A stretch of DNA of 64,000 nucleotides from an uncultured Gammaproteobacteria bacterium (GTDB lineage Bacteria > Patescibacteriota > Patescibacteriia > Magasanikbacterales > GWA2-37-8), in NCBI GenBank assembly GCA_964355175.1, contig CAYHBZ010000001.1, positions 304,523 to 368,522 of the forward strand, in the 5' to 3' direction. The translations under genes and the position numbers were made by a program. The notes under the pieces are model-generated. The model saw only the letters and a list, made by a program, of their open reading frames with translations, was not told the origin of the DNA and did no database searches. The stretch's first letter is position 1. Each line of letters begins with the position of its first letter. Shown one piece after another: positions 8,644 to 18,464 of the stretch.

Positions 8644-9951
8644 TTAACTGTCCATTTTTCTACTTTCTTCTAAACGATAAGAATCACTTTCTTCGTGATG
8701 AGTACTTATTTCCAAAATTTCTGATTCATCCAAACCGCCAAAACGATGCTTCACGCCTTGAAAAATCCTCACGAAACTTCCGGGCAACATTTCACTAACA
8801 CTATCACCTACCTCCATACGCACTTTGCCTTTTAGAACTAGAAACATTTCATCTTTATTTTTGTGATAATGCAAACTACATTGAAAACCTTTATTCAAGC
8901 CCAAAATCTTACTACAATAAGAGTCGTTATTTTCCAACCATTTTTCATAGCCCCAGACTTTTTTTACAATAAAAACATCATCGATATGCCTTTGAGTGTT
9001 GGTAAGGACGGAAAGCAGTTCTGATTTATTTATTACCGACGTACCAGATTTTTGGACAACAATTTCACCGGCGCAATTTGACAGATAAGCAGCGGTCTCC
9101 AGGTCCGCCCCAGATAAAATTGAAGCGAACGCGACGGCCGCGATTGTGTCTCCAGCACCCGTAACATCGTATACCTTTACAGCTCTAGCCTTAATTTGTT
9201 TTAAATTCCCTTTTTTATCTGCAAGCAAAATTCCTTCACCACCTAGGGTTAAAAACACATCAGCGTTAAATATTTTTACCAAATTAATCGCTGCGTTGGT
9301 ATATGTATTCTCTCCAGTCATTTCTTGCGCTTCTTTCAAATTGGGACTAAGATAATCAACTCCTTTAAATAACAGATGTCGGCCTGGTTTAATATCAGCG
9401 AAGACTAACTTCTTGTTATTCCTACATAACTCCAACAGACGCTCAACTAAAATAGGAGCAAACAAACCCTTGGCATAATCCGATATCATTACACCATCAA
9501 CATTTTCAATTACTTTTGATATTTTATTTATAAACTCTTCAACTTCTGTTTCAGGTATATCATTGGTGTCTTCAATATCTACTCTCAGCAGTTGCTGACC
9601 TGTAGCCACAAAACGATGTTTAACCGTTGTAGGATATTTGGAAGAACTTATTATGCCTGAATAATCAATACCAACTTCTGACAACATTTCCAAAATTTTT
9701 TTTCCAAAAAAATCGGATCCAACGATACCAGCTAAAAAGACCTGCACCCCCAAAGCTGAAAAATTATTGGCCACATTAGCCCCACCGCCCAGTCGATAAT
9801 AGTCGTCTTTATTCTTTCTAAGAACCGAAACTGGCGCCTCCGGTGAAATTCTTTGAACTTCTCCATTCGTATATACATCCAACATGATATCACCTATAAC
9901 TAAAATTTTTTTATCCTTAAATTTCTCTAATATTTGGGCTATACTTAGCAT
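8644..9951 (-). CDS. Fusion of a PfkB-type sugar kinase (HldE domain-I-like heptose-7-phosphate kinase) with a C-terminal cupin of the phosphomannose-isomerase type
   Basis: The N-terminal part has ILVIGDIMLDVY..G.VQRISPEAPV and GGGANVANN...DVTGAGDT, the ribokinase/HldE kinase motifs. The C-terminal roughly 110 aa has VWGYEKW...SLHYHKNKDEMFLVLKG...HRF..., a two-His cupin core. The usual HldE cytidylyltransferase domain is absent. Confidence 0.7.
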   Translation of the reverse strand: MLSIAQILEKFKDKKILVIGDIMLDVYTNGEVQRISPEAPVSVLRKNKDDYYRLGGGANVANNFSALGVQVFLAGIVGSDFFGKKILEMLSEVGIDYSGIISSSKYPTTVKHRFVATGQQLLRVDIEDTNDIPETEVEEFINKISKVIENVDGVMISDYAKGLFAPILVERLLELCRNNKKLVFADIKPGRHLLFKGVDYLSPNLKEAQEMTGENTYTNAAINLVKIFNADVFLTLGGEGILLADKKGNLKQIKARAVKVYDVTGAGDTIAAVAFASILSGADLETAAYLSNCAGEIVVQKSGTSVINKSELLSVLTNTQRHIDDVFIVKKVWGYEKWLENNDSYCSKILGLNKGFQCSLHYHKNKDEMFLVLKGKVRMEVGDSVSEMLPGSFVRIFQGVKHRFGGLDESEILEISTHHEESDSYRLEESRKMDS

Positions 9952-10040
9952 AAAATTCTATTTCTACGTACTAATTTTACTTTATAATTTATAATTAATA
10001 CCCTATAATTATAACGCTAAAAACTGCCGAGGTCAATATG

Positions 10041-10069
10041 AAAATCAAAAAATCAGCTTGGTAGCTGAT
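10041..10069 (-). terminator. Intrinsic terminator downstream of the 16S rRNA
   Basis: On the minus strand, atcagc / gctgat (10052-10069) form a hairpin that is followed by tttttgatttt (plus-strand aaaatcaaaaa at 10041-10051). Confidence 0.5.
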
Positions 10070-10074
10070 TTTCG

Positions 10075-10103
10075 CTTGACTTCATAAATGTGACAAAGAA
10101 CCA
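10075..10103 (-). other. 3' half of the 16S rRNA processing stem
   Basis: cttgacttcataaatgtgacaaagaacca is complementary to 11837..11864, whose reverse complement is cttgacaacataaatgtgacaaagacca. The two halves bracket the mature 16S. Confidence 0.65.
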
Positions 10104-10183
10104 TATCTATCTTGTTCGCCGATTCTGATCAGAGATCAGGATAAGCTCGACTTGGATTCACATACTTTCGTATGAGTATCTCC

Positions 10184-11734
<1,551 letters not shown>

Positions 11735-11836
11735 TAAAAAAAGAGAATGATAAGCTCGGAAAAATTCCGAACTATTATTTGTTTTGTTGTTGAATAGACA
11801 GATTTTTAAATATATAAATTTTACTTTATATACTTA

Positions 11837-11864
11837 TGGTCTTTGTCACATTTATGTTGTCAAG
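11837..11864 (-). other. 5' half of the 16S rRNA processing stem
   Basis: This segment is complementary to 10075..10103 and lies in the leader between the predicted promoter and the 16S 5' end. Confidence 0.65.
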
Positions 11865-12039
11865 GTTCATTCTTTCCTTTTGAAGCCCAGATAAGGCTTC
11901 GACAAAGAAAGAAAAAAGAGGAAGCCATTTTGACTTACTCTTTTCTCTTTCCAGTATCGTCCGAAATTTCCGGTAGACTTAGAAAAATGATTTGATTTTG
12001 AGGTACAATTTGGAGGTAGGTTTTTTCAAAAGCTTTTAC

Positions 12040-12068
12040 ATAATAGCATAAGGTAAAAACCCTGTCAA
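12040..12068 (-). promoter_or_regulatory. Sigma-70-type promoter for the 16S rRNA unit
   Basis: The minus strand reads TTGACA (12068-12063), a 17-nt spacer, then TATTAT (12045-12040). It lies about 300 nt upstream of the 16S 5' end. Confidence 0.55.
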
Positions 12069-12088
12069 GGGCGGAAAAATGGCTTGGT

Positions 12089-12097
12089 TGTGGATAA
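12089..12097 (-). promoter_or_regulatory. Perfect TTATCCACA (DnaA-box consensus) 20 nt upstream of the 16S promoter -35
   Basis: The plus strand reads tgtggataa, an exact 9-mer match. It directly abuts the trmD stop codon. Confidence 0.3.
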
Positions 12098-12754
12098 TTA
12101 GCGACTTTCGCCTTTACGCCAATCCCTTATTTTTTTATGGTCTCCAGAAAGAAGAATTTTGGGCACTTTTAGGCCCATAAAATTTTCCGGACGGGTATAT
12201 TGAGGGTATTCAACAATTCCATCTTCAAAGGTTTCTTCTTTGAGCGAATCACTGTTGCCGAGAACTCCCGGCAATAAACGCGATACAGCTTCGATAATAA
12301 CCAGGGCTGGCAATTCGCCGCCCGCTAACACATAGTCCCCGACAGACACCCGATCATCCACAAATTTATAGACACGCTCGTCAAAGCCTTCATAGCGACC
12401 ACTGATGATGACCAGATTATCTAGTTTAGAAAATTGTTTGGCCATTTTTTGATCAAACTTTTTTCCATCCGGATCCATGATAATTATTTTGGTTTTTGGT
12501 TGTTTTATTTTTTTGCCATTTTTTACCAAATCCATATTTTCTAGAGTGAGATAAATTGGCTCTACTTGTAGTACCATACCAGCTCCCCCACCGTATGGTT
12601 TATCGTCGACATGGCGTTGCTTATCCAAAGTAAAATCACGAAAATTATGAGTAATAATTTCTATTAGTTCCTTATTTTGCGCACGCCCCAAAATACTATC
12701 TTGGCAATAGTGATGAATCAGATCTGGAAAAATTGTGAGAATGCTAAATTTCAT
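12098..12754 (-). CDS. trmD: tRNA (guanine37-N1)-methyltransferase
   Basis: MKFSILTIFPDL, DDKPYGGGAGMV, SGRYEGFDERV and GDYVLAGGELPALVIIEAVSRLLPGVLGN are TrmD signatures. Confidence 0.9.
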   Translation of the reverse strand: MKFSILTIFPDLIHHYCQDSILGRAQNKELIEIITHNFRDFTLDKQRHVDDKPYGGGAGMVLQVEPIYLTLENMDLVKNGKKIKQPKTKIIIMDPDGKKFDQKMAKQFSKLDNLVIISGRYEGFDERVYKFVDDRVSVGDYVLAGGELPALVIIEAVSRLLPGVLGNSDSLKEETFEDGIVEYPQYTRPENFMGLKVPKILLSGDHKKIRDWRKGESR

Positions 12755-12867
12755 AATTTCTAAGGTTGAGACAAAATAGAAAATTAATTTTCTATTTTGC
12801 GAGACCTGAATAAATTAGATGGCCTCGCAGAGGACTCATAGTCCCTTGATTATACTATCAAAAAGCT

Positions 12868-12901
12868 AAAAAAACAAGAATACCGACTTTCGTCGGTATT
12901 C
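12868..12901 (-). terminator. Intrinsic terminator after the 1472-aa gene
   Basis: gaataccgac (12878-12887) and gtcggtattc (12892-12901) form a 10-bp stem with loop tttc. A T-run follows on the minus strand. Confidence 0.55.
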
Positions 12902-12919
12902 TGTAAGTTATTTTAACTT

Positions 12920-15900
12920 TTATTTTACATTGAAATCAAAGCTATTCTCGGCAAGCACCACATTCTTGCTATCGAGTACTTTCACTTTTGCAGTGTAGGT
13001 ACCGGTAGCTAATTTCTTGCTCAAAGAGCTGGTAGCATTGAATTTAACGGCTTGACCTTTGGATAGCGTGCGGGTTCCGTCAACCTCACCCACTACTTTG
13101 CCATTGGCATCTACTACCTGGCGAACGATTTTTACTTTTACTGGTTTACCAGTTTCGTTCTTATAGGAGTAGGTGTACTTCACAGCACTGCCTGGTTTAT
13201 AATCAACTTTTAATCCGGTGATCACCACTTTGGAATCTGGATTATTGGTAGAAATTGAAGGTGGAGGCAGAGGTTTCTTTACAGTTACATCAAAGCTGTT
13301 TTCACCCAAAAGCTTATTTTTGGAATCCATTACTTTAACTTTGATAGTGTAGTTGCCGTCAGCCAATTTACTGCTTAGTAAATTGCTAGCGCTTGACTTA
13401 AAGGTCTTGCCTTTAGCAATCGAAGCGCTGCTATTTACCTGAGCCACTACTTTACCATTAGCATCGAGCACCTGGCGTGCTACTTTAATCTTTAAAGTAG
13501 CACTATTTTCATTCTTAAAGGAATAAGTGTAAGCAACTGAGCTGTTTGGAACATATTGCAATTTCTTTACTGGTAATATCACCAACTTGGAACCAGGATT
13601 GGAAAGAGTAAAGATTGTTACATTGGAAGAATTAGAGGATCCTACATTGGAAGATTCAGGTAAAGTGGTTAGAGCAGAAGCTTCTTTTAAACCTACAGTT
13701 ACTTGATAAATGGTGCTTAAAGCTCCAGTAGCTGAACGGAATCTGATGTTTAGTGTCTTTTGACCATCACCGGCAGACAACGCAAATACCTTGGTAGTGG
13801 CGTATAGTTCCCACACAGCGCCTACGAAAGCAGAGTCTTCGGAGATTATCATATCTTTAGCGTTGAAAGCTGAAAGATTGATAGTGATATTTCTAGAAGA
13901 TACTGAGGAAGGATTACCTGGTAAGCTGACGGAAACTTTCGAAGGAGCCGAACCAGCACCACTGGTAACACCACCACCGCCGCCGCTTGATCCACTACTA
14001 ACACTTACAGTGTTGCCAGTAAAGGTAGCGGAGTCAGATCCGGTATCAGTAGAATCTTTACTATCGGTAAAGGCAAGAGAAACAGTACCGTTTCCAGAGA
14101 CCTGGAACAATCCATCATTATTTGTTTTAGCACTAGCTACAGAGAAAATATTACCACTGCTTTGGAAGATACCGGTACTAGCACCAGTTTCAGTCAAAGT
14201 GATTGTTTCAGAGTCACTATAAGTATCGGAAGTGACAGTTACAGTCATAGTATCAGCAGAAGTAGTCAGGTTGGCGTCAGTATCTACTACTTTCAAATAC
14301 ACAGAACTAGCGGCAGTAGCATAGGTACTAGCGGCAGTACCAGCACCGTCTACGAAGTCAACCGAGGCAAGTGGGTGAACAATAGCGCCAGTTTCAGTGA
14401 CTGTACCAGTATTAGTAAAGGTGCCAGGAGCGTATAGAGTGTAGCTAGAACCGATAGTCAAAGAACCGGCATTGGTAATACTATCAGTAGAAGTGGTGTT
14501 ACCGGCCAAAGTATAGGTGCCGGCACCAAGAACTAAGCCCCAATATCTTTCAGCTGCTGGGGTTACAGAACCAGTACCAGTGTATCTTACAGTAGAGCTG
14601 GCCGAAGTAAATGTACCACTGTTAACAAAAGCGGTAGTACTGCTAGGGAAAGTCAAGGTAAAACTAGAACCATTTAAAGTCTTGCCGGAATTAATTGTAA
14701 GCACATTACTGACAGTGGTCGAACCAGACAAGGTGCCAGATGTGCCGTTGTTAACAACTAAATTCCAGTAAGTGGTGGAGGCGATGGTGGAGGTGGCACC
14801 GGAGAAGACTACAGTGGAGGTGCTGGCAGTGAAGGTACCGTTGCTTAATAATGGAGTGCCTGTACCGGTGAAGGTTAGGGTCTTGCCATTGGCGTCTAAA
14901 GTTTTTCCAGAGTTAATGGTTAAGACATTGCTGACGGTGGTGTAGCCACCTAATGTACCGGCAGTGCCGTTATCTACAGTCAAATTGTAATAGGTGGTGG
15001 AGGCAATAGTAGCAGTAGCACCGGAATAGACGACAATGGAGGTGCTGGCAGTGAAGGTACCGTTATTAACTAATGGGATACCGGTACCACTTAGAGTAAG
15101 AGTATAACTGCTTGCATCTAAAACCTTGCTGGCATTAACAGTTAGGACATTGCTGACTGTAGTGGAACCAGTTAAGAGGGCAGTCCCGGCGTTGTTAATA
15201 ACCAAATTAAAGTAAGTTGTGGAGGCAACGTCGGGTCCTGTAACACTATTTGAATAGGTAAAGGTAGAACTACCGGCGTTAAATGTGCCGTTATTAATAA
15301 ACGTAGAAGCGTTGTTACCTGTAACTTCTAAAGTACTTGTACCAGCATTAAAAACCGCGCCGCTGTTAATTCTGATACCAGTATTCCCTCCTGCTTGCAA
15401 TCCACCGTATACGGTTGAGCTAGCTGAATCAACCGTCACAGTATAAAAGGTACCGGAGGCCATATTTACACCATTACCAGTATATCTAATAAGTAAATTA
15501 CTAAAATTTGAAGCACCCGTATTATTAACAAACGGAGTTCCTGTGGCAGCTAAAGTAAGATTTTCAATACCTGGCTCCAAGATCGAAGGGGTACCCACAG
15601 TAAATAAATTATTTACTGTAGTACTACCTGTAATAGTGTTGGAAGTGGCACCATTCAAAGTCAAGTTGTAGTAGGTGGTAGAAGCAACGTTGGCGGTGGC
15701 ACCGGAGAAGACTACGGTAGAGGTACTGGCGGTGAAGGTACCGTTGCGTAAAAACGGAGTGCTGGTACCGGTCAATGCCAGAGTATAGCCGTTGGCATCC
15801 AAAGATTTAGTGGAGCTAACAGTAAGTACATTGGTGGTGGTCACATTACCGGCTAAAGTACCGGCAGTGCTGATTAATAGGTTGTAGTAGGAAGCAGAGG

Positions 15901-17338
15901 TGATTGGTTGGGTACTACCACCACCGTAGACCACAGTCGAAGTGCTGGCAGTAAAGGTACCACTTTGTGTAAATGGTGTGATACCTAACAAACTGATCGT
16001 GTATCCATTGGCGTCCAATACAGCGCCACTGCTAATTACAAGATTGTTCATTTCTACTATACCCGCCAATACGGCGGCAGTTGAATCGATTTGTAGACCG
16101 TAGTAGGTAAGGTTAGCGGCAACATTAGTAGCGCCGACACCGGAATATCTGACTACACCATTACTGGTAAGAGTACCAGTTTTAACAAGCGGAGTACCAG
16201 TGCCAGATAAATTCAAAGTGAAGCTAGAAGTATCGAGTGTCTTGCTGGCATTAATAGTCAATACACTACTGACAGTAGTAGAGCCAGACAGTGTACCTGA
16301 GGTGCCATTATCAACAGTCAAATTATAATAGGTGGTGGAGGCGATGGTGGCAGTAGCACCGGAGTATTTAACGGTAGAACCGCTTGGAACAAAAGTACCA
16401 TTTCGCACAAATGGAGTGCTCGTACCAGGCAAATTTATTGTACTTCCTGAATGGCCTGTTAAACTACCTGAGCTACCTATAGTAAGAATATTAGTAGTAG
16501 TAACATTAGAAGTTCCTGCTGTAGACAAAGTTACAGATCCATTTATAGTTAAATTATAAGGCACAAATCTACCTGAAGTTATACCACTATCACCAATTAA
16601 CTTTCCAGTACCAGTCATTGTTACAGTACCTGAAGTTTGAATCAAAGTACCTGGTGATAATATACTTCCTCCAACATTTAGATTAAAGGTAGATAAATCA
16701 AAAACTCTCAGTGAATTAACAGTAAGATCGTTGGTAGTTGTAACACTACTACCAAGCGTGGTATCATCGGCAATAGTAAGGTTGTAAAAATTTATTGATC
16801 CAGGGCCGCTAATAGTTTTAGTAAGACCGGACATCGTGAGAGTACCAACTGTTTGGCTAAGAGTAGTAGTGACATTAACATTACCAGACACATTAATTGT
16901 TCCAGTGGCGTTAAATGCAGTTCCGCCTAATCTCAGATCAACAACAGCCAAAGTACCGCCTACCTGAAAAGTACCGGCGTCTTGTGCAAAACTACCAGTG
17001 CCAGTAAGGGTTACGCCTGAATTAATATTAATAGTTCCGGTATATGTAGAATCCATTGATATGCCGGCAGTAGTTGTACTGACATCAAAAACAGCATTGG
17101 TAGTAGTTCTAGCTCCATTAAAAAACAAATCTTTACCGGTCAGAGTAGTACACGCTGCACCAACTCCACCGATAGTATCTTCCCAATTAGTAAGAGTTGA
17201 AGCCAGCTGAGAACTGCTCGCAGTCCAAGTACAAAAAGCCGCACTTGCCTGCTGACCAAAAAACATTGAGGAGAGCAGAAGTGCTGACCCCACTAAGAGT
17301 AGTTTAGACCTACTCAGAAATGACACATTCGTATTCAT
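12920..17338 (-). CDS. Giant secreted repeat protein (1472 aa), probably a beta-helix-type adhesin, with two C-terminal Ig-like modules
   Basis: The protein has a signal-like N-terminus (LLLVGSALLLSSMFFGQQASA). About 70-75-aa T/S/G/N-rich units recur many times (…TTVSNVLTINSGKTLDANGKTLTFTGTGTPL..NGTFTASTSTVV(Y/F)SGAT.TIASTTYYNLTV.NGT…). Two C-terminal modules of about 110 aa are also repeated (…YTYS(F/Y)KNE…KVKV(M/L)DSKN…ENSFD). Confidence 0.85.
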   Translation of the reverse strand: MNTNVSFLSRSKLLLVGSALLLSSMFFGQQASAAFCTWTASSSQLASTLTNWEDTIGGVGAACTTLTGKDLFFNGARTTTNAVFDVSTTTAGISMDSTYTGTININSGVTLTGTGSFAQDAGTFQVGGTLAVVDLRLGGTAFNATGTINVSGNVNVTTTLSQTVGTLTMSGLTKTISGPGSINFYNLTIADDTTLGSSVTTTNDLTVNSLRVFDLSTFNLNVGGSILSPGTLIQTSGTVTMTGTGKLIGDSGITSGRFVPYNLTINGSVTLSTAGTSNVTTTNILTIGSSGSLTGHSGSTINLPGTSTPFVRNGTFVPSGSTVKYSGATATIASTTYYNLTVDNGTSGTLSGSTTVSSVLTINASKTLDTSSFTLNLSGTGTPLVKTGTLTSNGVVRYSGVGATNVAANLTYYGLQIDSTAAVLAGIVEMNNLVISSGAVLDANGYTISLLGITPFTQSGTFTASTSTVVYGGGSTQPITSASYYNLLISTAGTLAGNVTTTNVLTVSSTKSLDANGYTLALTGTSTPFLRNGTFTASTSTVVFSGATANVASTTYYNLTLNGATSNTITGSTTVNNLFTVGTPSILEPGIENLTLAATGTPFVNNTGASNFSNLLIRYTGNGVNMASGTFYTVTVDSASSTVYGGLQAGGNTGIRINSGAVFNAGTSTLEVTGNNASTFINNGTFNAGSSTFTYSNSVTGPDVASTTYFNLVINNAGTALLTGSTTVSNVLTVNASKVLDASSYTLTLSGTGIPLVNNGTFTASTSIVVYSGATATIASTTYYNLTVDNGTAGTLGGYTTVSNVLTINSGKTLDANGKTLTFTGTGTPLLSNGTFTASTSTVVFSGATSTIASTTYWNLVVNNGTSGTLSGSTTVSNVLTINSGKTLNGSSFTLTFPSSTTAFVNSGTFTSASSTVRYTGTGSVTPAAERYWGLVLGAGTYTLAGNTTSTDSITNAGSLTIGSSYTLYAPGTFTNTGTVTETGAIVHPLASVDFVDGAGTAASTYATAASSVYLKVVDTDANLTTSADTMTVTVTSDTYSDSETITLTETGASTGIFQSSGNIFSVASAKTNNDGLFQVSGNGTVSLAFTDSKDSTDTGSDSATFTGNTVSVSSGSSGGGGGVTSGAGSAPSKVSVSLPGNPSSVSSRNITINLSAFNAKDMIISEDSAFVGAVWELYATTKVFALSAGDGQKTLNIRFRSATGALSTIYQVTVGLKEASALTTLPESSNVGSSNSSNVTIFTLSNPGSKLVILPVKKLQYVPNSSVAYTYSFKNENSATLKIKVARQVLDANGKVVAQVNSSASIAKGKTFKSSASNLLSSKLADGNYTIKVKVMDSKNKLLGENSFDVTVKKPLPPPSISTNNPDSKVVITGLKVDYKPGSAVKYTYSYKNETGKPVKVKIVRQVVDANGKVVGEVDGTRTLSKGQAVKFNATSSLSKKLATGTYTAKVKVLDSKNVVLAENSFDFNVK
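14450..16600 (-). repeat. Degenerate in-frame tandem repeats (unit about 220 nt) within the 1472-aa gene
   Basis: Recurring nucleotide blocks are visible, for example ggtggtggaggc(g/a)at(g/a)gt...gcaccggag(t/a)a...gtgaaggtaccgtt near 14770, 14990, 15670 and 16330. Confidence 0.6.
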
Positions 17339-17426
17339 AGAAGAAGATGAATTAATTACTTTTTATTTAATAAAAAATTAATAAAATTATTTTGTAGGAA
17401 TTTACTTAAAAATAGACTACAAATGC

Positions 17427-17455
17427 ATTATACACTTTTTTTAAATTCCTTGCAA
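17427..17455 (-). promoter_or_regulatory. Sigma-70-type promoter for the 1472-aa gene
   Basis: The minus strand reads TTGCAA (17455-17450), a 17-nt spacer, then TATAAT (17432-17427). Confidence 0.5.
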
Positions 17456-17474
17456 AGGATAAAAGTATTTTACA

Positions 17475-17483
17475 TGTGGATAA
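17475..17483 (-). promoter_or_regulatory. Perfect TTATCCACA box 19 nt upstream of the -35 of the 1472-aa gene promoter
   Basis: The plus strand reads tgtggataa, and the minus-strand context is CACTTATCCACA. Confidence 0.3.
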
Positions 17484-17520
17484 GTGCTCACGGAACGATT
17501 CTTCGTTTCACTTGGAGTGA

Positions 17521-17556
17521 TAAAAAACAAAAAACCGCCTCGACAAATCGAAACGG
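17521..17556 (-). terminator. Intrinsic terminator after the KH-domain gene
   Basis: On the minus strand, ccgtttcga / tcgaggcgg form a 9-bp stem that includes G:U pairs. It is followed by ttttttgtttttt. Confidence 0.55.
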
Positions 17557-17570
17557 TTTTTAAAATTTTC

Positions 17571-17954
17571 TTAGATTCCCAAGTCATCCACGGCGCTGGT
17601 GTCAATCATCGGTGCCGCACTTGCACTCTGCATAGGGCGAGGACCGCGACCGCCTACCGGCTCATTGATCTTTAGGTTCACGCGAGCATTGTGCTTGGCG
17701 CCTACGATCTTGAGCAAGGTGCGGATGGAGCGAGCGGTTTGGCCGCTGCGTCCAATGACATAGCCCATGTCGGCTGGATCGACATCCAAAGTAATGAGCA
17801 CACCGCGTTCATCAATGATACGGTCGGTCTTTACTTTGTCTGGGTTGTTCACAATCGCCTTTACAAGCGATTCAACAAACATCTGATCTGCTTCCATAGT
17901 ATTGTCGTTATATATTTCATTTCTACAGTCTGTCGACATGTGGAGGTATTCCAC
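17571..17954 (-). CDS. KH-domain RNA-binding protein (KhpA/YlqC-like) with a C-terminal extension
   Basis: FVESLVKAIVNNPDKVKTDRIIDERGVLITLDVDPADMGYVIGRSGQTARSIRTLLKIVG contains the KH GxxG core (GRSG). Its position next to rpsP is typical. The true start is probably an internal Met (MEADQMFVESL). Confidence 0.75.
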   Translation of the reverse strand: MEYLHMSTDCRNEIYNDNTMEADQMFVESLVKAIVNNPDKVKTDRIIDERGVLITLDVDPADMGYVIGRSGQTARSIRTLLKIVGAKHNARVNLKINEPVGGRGPRPMQSASAAPMIDTSAVDDLGI

Positions 17955-18005
17955 CAGCTCTGCTTTTCTATAATATCAAAATCCTGAAATTCGGTCAATC
18001 TTTTT

Positions 18006-18060
18006 GTCATCCCGAGCGATAGCGAGGGATCTTTAGATTCCTCATTATATTCGGAATGAC
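18006..18060 (-). repeat. Palindromic element copy A (intergenic, between rpsP and the KH gene)
   Basis: The sequence is gtcatcccgagcgatagcgagggatctttagattcctcattatattcggaatgac. The termini and the inner gagggatct/agattcctc segments are mutually complementary. It has the same architecture as copies B and C. Confidence 0.6.
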
Positions 18061-18066
18061 AGCGAA

Positions 18067-18381
18067 TTACGCAATTTTTTTCTTCTCGGCCAATTTAGTA
18101 GCGCGACGCTTACTGATAAATACTGATTTTTTTGTTTTGCCTTTTACCAATCCAGCTTTCAAAAACAAATTGTGCAAAGTTGGAGAGGCCTGAGCGCCTT
18201 TACCAATCCAGTAAGTAATTCTTTCGGCATTTGGCAAAAGTTGATTTTCTTTGGCGTGTGGATTGTAAGTACCAACCTGTTCCAAATAAGTACCCCAAGT
18301 ATCCTTGGTCTTTTCAGAAACGATAATGCGATATGTGGCAAATTTATTTTTACCAATACGCTGTAAACGAATTGCTAACAT
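18067..18381 (-). CDS. rpsP: 30S ribosomal protein S16
   Basis: MLAIRLQRIGKNKFATYRIIVSE...GTYNPH matches the S16 N-terminal signature. Confidence 0.9.
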   Translation of the reverse strand: MLAIRLQRIGKNKFATYRIIVSEKTKDTWGTYLEQVGTYNPHAKENQLLPNAERITYWIGKGAQASPTLHNLFLKAGLVKGKTKKSVFISKRRATKLAEKKKIA

Positions 18382-18464
18382 AGATTAATTTAATTTTTAT
18401 AAGAGTTTCTCTCATGACTTGTGAAGATCACGGAGAAGTTAAGAGCTGGCCTACTATACTATGT

